Positions 55,389 to 64,000 of a DNA stretch of 64,000 nucleotides are shown here, one piece after another. The translations under genes and the position numbers were made by a program. The notes beneath the pieces are model-generated. The model worked only from the letters and a program-made list of their open reading frames with translations. It was not told the origin of the DNA and did no database searches. Positions within the stretch are counted from its first letter, which is position 1. Each line of letters starts with the position of its first letter. The stretch is from Raillietiella orientalis (lineage: Eukaryota), in NCBI GenBank assembly GCA_036172245.1, contig JAYWIR010000025.1, positions 992,001-1,056,000 of the forward strand, read 5' to 3'.

Positions 55389-56474
55389 ATGAAAGCAAAA
55401 GACTTTTCCGAAAATCTGGAATGCCAATCGGAAACTACTAGTGCCGAGTCTTCGTTCCATAGAGTTCTTGGTGAAGAGGAACACACGTGTTCTTTAAGAT
55501 GCCCCGACACAGAAGTAAAGGCATACTGGAAGCAAGTGTTTGACGATTTGGGTGGACAGAACTCGGGGCTCGTGTCCCAAGAGGATTTCAACATCCTCTG
55601 TGAAGTGTTGGGTATTTCCGGGGACACTGTGGTTCAGGAGGATAACCGTTGCGAAGAAATCAGTGTCTTCTCAAAGTTCCTCAAGAGAATGCTGAAATCA
55701 AGAAACAGAGCATCCTCCGTCTGTCGGCCTGATATTTCACTCTCGGATAGGATGATGGAGTTTCCAGTGTTCTACGAAAAAATCTGCAAGATTTGCCTGG
55801 AAAACGTCAAATTTCCGAAGCATGGCTTCAAGGGTTGTGACGAGGTCTCTGGGATTCCTCCGTATTCTTCCATGGGAGAGAATGTTTCCGGGGCAGTGAA
55901 CAATTTCCACAGAAATATGTTTGCCTTATCAGCCAGAAACTTGACTTTGGAAGTCAAGTGCAGAAGAATGTATCTGGAGCTGATAACTAGGAAAGCAAAT
56001 CCTGCCACCGGATGGACCAATTCTTGGAAAAGCAACGCTTCGAGGAAATGTAAAGATTGTGGCACTGAACGGTCTGGGATCTCCACCGAAGGAAAAGAAA
56101 TCGCCCAGCTGCAAAACGATTTGAGACTCGCGAACCAGGCCCTGAAGCAGGCGGAGCATCAGGCAAGCGAACTCAGAACGGAAACGAGGCAGCTGAAGAT
56201 TGCTCTGTCCTTGCAGAAAATGGATTTCGAAGAAAAACTCCACAAATTCTTAGAGACTAGGATGTGTCTTCTCCGATATCACTTTCAGATGCAGAGGCTG
56301 CACTCCACGCTTAGGATAGTGCAAAGAATTCTCTGCGACGCTAAGGGAGAGATGAGAAAGCAATCGGAGGAAATGGCCATCTTGCAATATGAGCTCATGA
56401 GGCATGAAATCTCACTAAAGCACGCTAAAATCCAACTCTCCATCTTGACTCATAATAGGCACGTTTCTTGCTGA
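55389..56474 (+). CDS. EF-hand and coiled-coil domain protein, EFCC1/CCDC48-like; may continue into exons 56520-56652 and 56724-56765
   Basis: 361-aa ORF. 'YWKQVFDDLGGQNSGLVSQEDFNILCEVLG' and 'FPVFYEKIC' resemble the EFCC1-type EF-hand pair; long heptad coiled coil in the C-terminal half. Confidence 0.65.
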   Translation: MKAKDFSENLECQSETTSAESSFHRVLGEEEHTCSLRCPDTEVKAYWKQVFDDLGGQNSGLVSQEDFNILCEVLGISGDTVVQEDNRCEEISVFSKFLKRMLKSRNRASSVCRPDISLSDRMMEFPVFYEKICKICLENVKFPKHGFKGCDEVSGIPPYSSMGENVSGAVNNFHRNMFALSARNLTLEVKCRRMYLELITRKANPATGWTNSWKSNASRKCKDCGTERSGISTEGKEIAQLQNDLRLANQALKQAEHQASELRTETRQLKIALSLQKMDFEEKLHKFLETRMCLLRYHFQMQRLHSTLRIVQRILCDAKGEMRKQSEEMAILQYELMRHEISLKHAKIQLSILTHNRHVSC

Positions 56475-59365
56475 TAGTACTATAAAAAATAACTAACAAA
56501 GAATCTCCTATATTCCCAGGTCCAAGTGGATGAAAACATTGCAGTCTGTGAGGAATCAGTTAAGTTTATGCATGTGGGAGATGAAACATAATCGGGACAA
56601 AGAAGGAAAGATCGATCATGAGGAATTACATCTGCTACCCCTCTCAAGCGAGGTAAGGAGGATCTTAGTATTTTCATGAATTCAATTCATATCGTGGAGT
56701 TCAACTCTAATTTCTTACCTTAGAGTTCATCTGCATTCCTTGCCGTAGAGTCATCATTTTCATAATATCCAAGTGCCACCGTCTGTTTCTCGTCTTTGTT
56801 ACATACTGCGAGAGAACATCTCATGCTTATGGGTGACAGCTAACATTTCTTACCATAGAAACCGCATTTCTTATTCAGGTTCAAACAGAAAAACAAACAG
56901 AACTGCTTCTGGGCTCCACAAATTTATATCTTCATGATCAATCTTCACAATCTTGGATCTGGGCTTATTAATGGGATTGGTCCAAAGCTCTTTGGATTCT
57001 TAGACAACTGATGATGAATCAGTATGCTGATCTGTTCAGATGGTCTCAATATTGATACAGCATAGCGACAATGTTCTTAGCTTCTAAACGGCTAGACTCG
57101 AATGGATCAATCATTTTGTTTTTGCAGAAGAAAATAAAAAAAAAATCCTGTAAGTGGTCTCAGTTGCATTTGGACAATGGGCACTCTTCACTTTACACTT
57201 AAAATGAAAATTTAAAGCCTGATGGATGCAACTGTTTCAGCAACTGTAGCATAATCTGAGATAGATGGCTTCTGATCCTGAAACGCATGAGCACTCGCGT
57301 GTCCCAGCAGCAGGAACGCGGAAGATTAGTAAAGATGTTAAAGACTTTATTGTTGTTGCTTTTGATGCAAAAATGCTAATAACAGCAAACTAATCGCTAA
57401 TCACTCACTATTGAGTGATATTGATCTATCTCGAAGCAGTCATTTTTGCAGGTGCATGAAATAAAAACTAATGATCCATCCATTAAACTTCACTGCTGTG
57501 TCCCGTTGCCTCTTCATATTTTCCATTGCATGAAACTTGACTACAGAGGTGAGCTTGCTTTTCGATATTGTCCTTCGGTATGAGATGCAGTATGTCAGCT
57601 CCTCTATTATAGTCAAGGATCTCGAAATAATGAAGCTAGAGGAGAGAAATCCTACCTAGTTTCCACATCCACTAGCAAATTTGTTACAGCTATACTGTGC
57701 CAAATTGCCAAATGAAATGAGATGCAAATAAAGTCTTAATATCCAGATTAGTTACAGATTTGTTGATGTGCTGGTTCGGATACGTCTCCGTTAACTGTTG
57801 CTCATACTACATTAACTGTGGAGTCCAGCATCAGGCGCACAAAAATTCAAGACGCAGACGTAAAAGATTGGGCTGACGACTTCTGGAAATGATTTCTTCA
57901 TTATCCTTGTATTTGGTGTGTCTCATGTTCGTTTCCTTATACTAATTACTACCACTCCCAAAGCTGTTCTTTAAATCATTTGATTTTAGGAATTTACTCG
58001 ATCTTTAAAGGAGTCTCACTTGCTGATTTCGTCTTTATTTCAGAAACATATCTTTCCTTTATTTTTTACTAGCAATTCAGAAACCTATTTGAATCTCTCC
58101 TAATACAGTTACAGTACTTAGCTATGAATATGGTATACAAAATTTAGCTTAAGGAACAGCCGTTTTTGATTGATAAGATTTGGAAAAGAGCATAAATAAA
58201 TTTTGTAATCGAATGTCAGGTGTCTCCATTGTAAGAATAATCTCATCACAGAGACCACCGAGTATTTTCTAAATGGCGTTGTACAATTTCTTTCAAGTGT
58301 TCATACTGCATCTTAGAAACGAAAAGGACTCCAAGTAATCATGTAGTGTTAACTGGGAAGAAAATGAAAACTTTTCCTTTGAGAGGAAGTCTTCTCCAAA
58401 TTTTTGTAGATCTCATTCCAGAATGTTCTCAACAAATCAATTCACTGAGAACTGTAGACGCGAAACCTTCCCTGTATTCTGATTTCATTTTCTGGTTTTG
58501 TTTCCAGCCAGTTAGTTGAACTCACTCGGTCCTCCGAAGCGTTGAAACATCCTTACATTAATAATCATTATAGCATTGCTTTAGAGCAATACATTTTATG
58601 GAAATTTTCTATTTCCCCTTTCGTCATCGGGTGATAAATGAATCAGTTATTTCATAAAAGTTGTTGAGAACATTTGATTGAGATTTTCAAAGCTGATGTT
58701 AACAGTAAAATGTTTTGACTACTAAATAACCAAAGTATATGGGTCTAAATTCTGCTTGTTACTCTTTCGAAGTATAAATTACAAGAGGACCGTGTTCGTA
58801 TGAAATGAAAGGCAGTAAATGGAGCTATTGAAAATCTTTCCATTCCTCGACTAAACCAGAGCGGTGCTTGAAGTATAGTGTTGGTTGCACAAAAGCTCAA
58901 ATTCCAATATTTCAAAATGTTCTATGAGGGGACAAGAATCTTTAATGTTTCTCCTCATTAAGAGCAATTTCCCCGAATTCAGATTTAGTGATCATCATTA
59001 TGAAGGTTAGGTGACATTGAGAAAAAGCCAAAGAAAATGTTCAAAAACCTTTTATTATAGACTTTCTATTATTTGTTCTCGACTCCAACCCAGAAAATGT
59101 GGTCAAATGAAAATCATTCCTTTCAATACTGTTAAAATTATTCAATACAAGCTTTATATCTTGGTAGTCTTAGTTTTATTTATTTGCAAAGCAGCAATCC
59201 TGATTAGTTTTTCCTCAAATACATGGGTATTCAATAAATAATAAAAAAACAAGTAGTAGTCCATATACAATTATAATCTAGAATTACTTAAATCTGATTT
59301 TAAATGTGTTCGACTTTAATATTTTCAATCTACTTTAGAAGCACTTGAAAACATGAAATGCAAAC

Positions 59366-59387
59366 CCGGAAGTGGAAAGTCGGAAGT
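59366..59387 (+). promoter_or_regulatory. Tandem ETS-type motifs upstream of FARSA
   Basis: CCGGAAGT (59366-59373) and TCGGAAGT (59380-59387), about 200 nt before the ATG; this motif is typical of housekeeping promoters. Confidence 0.5.
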
Positions 59388-59579
59388 TACATATGTTACC
59401 GGCGTGGATTGGTTCATCAGAGATGATGAATGAAACAATGCTAATGAATAGCGAACTAGTTTTGAAAATGGTAGTGCAAACGTAACGTTTCCAGAAATGA
59501 AAGACTACTCATTTTATGTTTCCACTTGAATGTTCAAATTCGTCAGCGGCCCGCCAAAAGTCGTCACAGCAAACATTTA

Positions 59580-61462
59580 ATGAATTCTCAAAACATGATT
59601 GAACTGAGTGATGTGATCCTTAAAACTTTAAGTCAGAAAGACACTGTTAGTTCCCTGGAACTAGCAAACGAATTAAATGTGGATCATCAGAAAATTGTGG
59701 GTGCTATTAAGAGTCTGCAAACTCATCAAAACGTAAGTGAGAATTTCTGCATTTTGTATAACTCATTAAATACAATTTCCTTTTTTTAGCTTTTGGATTG
59801 TGAACAGGTTTGCTCTTTGGAGTGGCATTTGACGGAAGAAGGAAAGGAAATACTACAGAATGGGAGTCATGAAGCACGGTTGTTTGCTAAAATTCCTTCA
59901 GAGGGAATTTCTCAAGCCAATTTGATGGTGAATATATAATTATGAAGCCCACTTGAAATTTGGCACTTCTAAATTTGTAAATTTTTAGAACGAATTTTGT
60001 AATTACAGTGAGTTTTAATTTTTTTTCTCTGTTACAGCAATGTGTTGGAGACAATGCTAAATTAGGTTTCAATAAAGCCATGTCATATGGGTGGATTCAA
60101 ATTAACAAGCATGCTGATGGAGATGTGTGGGTGAATAAGAAAGCAGAAAGCATTCAGGATACCACTCAGAATTTGCTGTCAGCAGTAGATAAGAGGTTAC
60201 CACTAAAAGATAAAGAAAGAAATGAGCTGAAAAGACGCAAGTTAGTTGAAGAAATGTAAGGTGAAGTCATAATTTGAAATTGCTTTTAAATTAATTGATC
60301 GTTAAGACAAGTGAAATACTTCGTTGTATCTAAAGGACCTAGTTTCTCAACAGAAGTGCAAAAACTGGAAACTGAACTAACATCTGATATGATTGCATCT
60401 GGTTCTTGGCAGAAATTGCAGTTTAAAGATTACAATTTTTCTGCAATGGGTGCCTCAGTTTCTCGGGGTTATCTGCATCCCTTACTTAAAATGCGAGATG
60501 AAATAAGAGAAATTTTTATTGAAATGGGGTATGATGCTCAGTGATACATTTTTCATGTTGTCTGGTAGATTTAGTGAAATGGCAACTAATCGCTATGTGG
60601 AAAGTTCCTTTTGGAATTTTGATTCTTTATTTCAACCTCAGCAACACCCAGCTAGGGACTCTCAGGATACATTTTTTGTTTCTGGTAATAATTAATATTT
60701 CAGTATGAAAATTAATGATGTATCAGATCCTGCAGAAGCTCATCTCCCTTTTCCTGATTATGTTGATCGTGTAGCCAGTATGCATAGTAAAGGAGGTCAT
60801 GGATCAGATGGTTATCAAATGCAATGGCAAAAATCAGAGGCATGTCGCAATGTATTGCGTACCCATACCACTGGTGTGAGTGCACGTTGTCTACATGCAC
60901 TGGCCCAACAAGTCAGTAAAGTGGCTAGGGCTTTCTAATGTGCTGTTTAGAATTCTTTCCATCCAGTCAAATGTTTTAGCATTGATAGGGTGTTCCGCAA
61001 TGAAAATTTAGATGCTACACATCTAGCAGAATTCCATCAAGTGGAGGGTATTGTAGCTGATTACAATCTGAGCTTGGCAGATTTATTGGGATTATTGACA
61101 ACATTTTTTGAAAAGTTGGGATTGAAACAGTTACGCTTTAAGCCTACCTACAATCCATACACAGAACCAAGTGCTGAAGTTTATGCATTTCATGAGGGTT
61201 TAGGAAGATGGGTTGAGGTTGGTAATTCAGGAATGTTTCGCCCAGAGATGTTGCATCCTATGGGTTTTTCTGATGATGTGTCAGTGATTGCTTGGGGACT
61301 GTCTTTGGAGAGGTACCTTTTCATTTTTTACAAGTCACATGTAATTTTTTAATCAGGCCAACAATGATCAAGTATGGGATTCAAAACATTCGTGAACTTG
61401 TAGGCCATAAAGTGAACTTGGCAATGGTCATGGACAGTCCCATATGTAGAAGAGATAAGTAA
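59580..61462 (+). CDS. FARSA: Phenylalanyl-tRNA synthetase alpha subunit (cytoplasmic), 499 aa
   Basis: Exons 59580-59732, 59790-59927, 60038-60255, 60307-60528, 60569-60684, 60727-60911, 60951-61312, 61357-61462 total 1500 nt. Motifs: [99 protein letters not shown]. Confidence 0.97.
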
Positions 61463-61497
61463 GTGGAAAAAGAAGTTTTTGTTTGTTATTGCTGCAG
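61459..61497 (+). other. Candidate 39-nt intron containing the FARSA stop codon
   Basis: GTAAGT donor, T-rich tract and TGCAG acceptor; same length as FARSA intron 60912-60950; frame-preserving. Confidence 0.7.
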
Positions 61498-61498
61498 G

Positions 61499-62200
61499 AT
61501 GTTCCATGGTCCTTCCTTGCATGCACAAGCTGAAGAACCTGTGCAAGTAAATTCAATGCTTTCACAAATAGCTGTGATCAGCAATGAGATGGCAAAATGT
61601 CTAATACCAGACACAACACTTGTGGATCTAACAATTGTTGCTTCTCCTCAATGCCCTCCATATTCCTTACCACCTCTGTTAAAAATGCTGCATTCATTGT
61701 ATTCAGTACATTGCACTACATTTGTGCACAGTTCACTGAAGAACTCACCCAAACATCTGAACAATTTTTTGCCAAGCCTTGAAAAATATTGCACAGATAA
61801 AGTTCTCAATGTTAATGTTATTTGGAAGGAAGTCTCTGATATTGAAATCATCACAAGTGCAGAACAACCCACTCTTTATGGAGAAGCTACCATGATACGA
61901 CTTTTAGGAAGAATGGCTCAACAACATGATACTCTAGGCATCAGCATGTCTGTGCAAGTGGATAATTGGATTGATGTTATCTGCAGAGATTTCATATATG
62001 CCTCTGAAGAGGAACGTATGAAACTACTTAACCACATCAGCAACTTGTTTCACAAGGAAAAATACTTGTGCTGTGGCAGGTGGTCTTTGGCTGATCTTTT
62101 TTTGTGGTCTAGTCTCCAGCAAACACAATTAACTCAGAAATTGTCACCTGTGCTGGAGATTTGGAAAAGGAATTGCGAACTGTACATAGAAAAGTTATAG
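61499..62200 (+). CDS. AIMP2: Aminoacyl-tRNA synthetase complex-interacting multifunctional protein 2 (p38/JTV-1), 233 aa, intronless
   Basis: DLTIVASPQCPPYSL..TTFVHSSLK..VNVIWKEV..LYGEATMIRLLGR (thioredoxin-like domain), then VDNWID..YLCCGRWSLADLFLWS (GST-C domain), matching AIMP2 architecture. Confidence 0.88.
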   Translation: MFHGPSLHAQAEEPVQVNSMLSQIAVISNEMAKCLIPDTTLVDLTIVASPQCPPYSLPPLLKMLHSLYSVHCTTFVHSSLKNSPKHLNNFLPSLEKYCTDKVLNVNVIWKEVSDIEIITSAEQPTLYGEATMIRLLGRMAQQHDTLGISMSVQVDNWIDVICRDFIYASEEERMKLLNHISNLFHKEKYLCCGRWSLADLFLWSSLQQTQLTQKLSPVLEIWKRNCELYIEKL

Positions 62201-63555
62201 TTTTACTTTGAAATATAATTTATTGGTGTGGGTAATCCTGCTTCCTGTTGCAAACCAAATTCTATTAAATTGCTAATTTTTGGCCTTAATAGTACTTGTT
62301 TGCAATTTTGGAGGCTGTGAGTGTATGATTACTTCTTAGCTTGTGAATTCAGTTATGAAGTCTGAGTGTAATAGAGTTAATTTATACAAATCAAAGTATG
62401 TTTATAGAGTTACTGGATTAGCAGCATAATTTTGCAGTTGAAATGTGAAGCATGATTTCAATTTTATAAATGCTTCAGCTTAGAAAATGAAAGTGACATA
62501 TCTTTGCCAAAGCATGTTAAGTTATTTGTTGATTGATCTAAATGGTGATTGTAATAAAGCATATGCAAAAGTGTTTTTTAATATTGTGAAGTTTTGGGGT
62601 GGTATACAAAGCTTGGACATCTTCAGTTAATTGGATGTGCATTCATTATCATCAAAGTTCCAGTGCCAAAATCATCATGAAATTAAAACTTTAGTCAAAG
62701 CTATCATAAATGTTTTTGTGATTGCTTACATAATTTATGAATTTTTTCTTTTATTTATTGAAGTTAATGTTATGTCTCCATTTGCTGTCAACACATTTTT
62801 TAAAGGTTTCGAGTACTCGGTAAATGAGTACTTTGTAAATTTGAAATTTTTCAATTTGGATAGTGATGCATGTTACATATCAAGATTTTTATCTATAATC
62901 TGACGTGTTGTCTGGTTGATTTATTGTGCAGTGTGTGATATGTGATTGCCTTATGACCAGCAAACTAATAAAACAAGTTGACTGATTTCAATGTAGGCTT
63001 ATTTTTTTGAGATTTTTGAAACATTCCTTATTGACTGCACTTGTCTTTAGACTCTGTATTTTTAGTGATTTTGTTATAATGAAATAACTCTTTGCTATGT
63101 TTTTAGGACAGAAAATACGTTGAATATCATCAGAAAGTTGAAAAAGATAAAAAAAATCTTAAATTCAACTTTATGACAGAAGAAATCATAAAGCAACATT
63201 TTTATAATATATAACAATGGGAATCGAAGAATAATTTCGTAGAATGATTTCCTTTCATAGAAGTTAGGAGTTCCTTTAAAGCATGTCTGAACTTTTTGTG
63301 TATACATTTTTTTTTTGTCTATTCCTTAGTGCATTAGATTCATGAATTCTTTTTATCATATCCGTGCATTTTTAATAACTAGTAATAAACAACCAAACAT
63401 TCGATAAAAATCCGTTTCTGTGGAAACTATTTTAGAAATTCCTAGGCTCCCCTTTTCACAAAATTATCCATGTCCGCAGAAACCCTGGTTTCACACTTGA
63501 TTCAGCATCCTGGGAAGAATAATCAATGTAGTCCTGATGACTGCCGAGCAGGGGA

Positions 63556-63966
63556 ATGGTTCACATCGACCCGACGTGGAGAAGGAAGCAGGCACTGGTC
63601 AGAAAGCACCAACTCAAAATTGTGCCTAGGAGCAAGAAACTGGCAGATTTCTCATCTATCCTGGTGATCCCCGTCCCTGGGGACACAAGGAGCTGGATCT
63701 ACCAGAGGCCCAGAGTTATCTTCAAGAGAACCGTGCAATGGAGACAGGGAGCCTACTACCACCACTCCCGCATCCTTAGGTACATGGAGATAGTGAGGGG
63801 AAAGTTCATTCACCGGACGCGCGAAGTGTGGAAAAACCACAACTACGCGTGGTCCAGGAAGAACAAGGAAAACCTTCACCTCATACCTGAAGAGGATAAG
63901 GTCATCCATGCCCTCCAGGAAGCTGCCAATCGCTACGGAAGTGACAGTCAACATGTTCGCGATTGA
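63556..63966 (+). CDS. Hypothetical basic protein, 136 aa, single exon
   Basis: ATG-to-TGA ORF with GC3-rich, protein-like composition, sharply distinct from the AT-rich flank. No recognised domain. Confidence 0.45.
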   Translation: MVHIDPTWRRKQALVRKHQLKIVPRSKKLADFSSILVIPVPGDTRSWIYQRPRVIFKRTVQWRQGAYYHHSRILRYMEIVRGKFIHRTREVWKNHNYAWSRKNKENLHLIPEEDKVIHALQEAANRYGSDSQHVRD

Positions 63967-64000
63967 AACGACGCTCAGGAGGAGTGACCTGCCGTCAAAC

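Noticed and set aside
59989..60007. Possible microexon in FARSA intron 2 (AG..GTGAGT)
   Set aside because: It is 19 nt and frameshifting, and would leave a 30-nt intron; the flanking exons join correctly without it.
61463..61498. GTG start for AIMP2 given by the ORF track (MEKEVFVCYCCR)
   Set aside because: A eukaryotic GTG start is unlikely; this stretch is the candidate intron/spacer. The first ATG is at 61499.
1..64000. CRISPR arrays, rRNA/tRNA genes, prokaryotic operons
   Set aside because: The sequence is eukaryotic and intron-containing; no regularly spaced repeats or recognisable structural RNA genes were seen by eye.

Overview
Eukaryotic (invertebrate, probably arthropod-like) genomic DNA with very small GT-AG introns (38-65 nt). 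It contains a 5'-incomplete M13 neprilysin gene on the minus strand (about 1.9-14.7 kb), a convergent NET1/ARHGEF3-like RhoGEF and NOPCHAP1 pair (22.4-25.6 kb), an EFCC1-like EF-hand/coiled-coil gene (55.4-56.7 kb), and an 8-exon FARSA gene followed immediately by an intronless AIMP2 ORF (59.6-62.2 kb). Most of the remainder is heavily decayed non-LTR retrotransposon sequence, plus one MITE-like element and several perfect palindromes. Key observation: the FARSA stop codon lies inside a perfect 39-nt GTAAGT...TGCAG candidate intron, and removing it fuses FARSA in frame to AIMP2. This is a candidate splice-switched PheRS-alpha/AIMP2 fusion or dicistronic unit that could tether PheRS to the multi-synthetase complex. 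All homology calls come from recognised motifs; no database searches were run.
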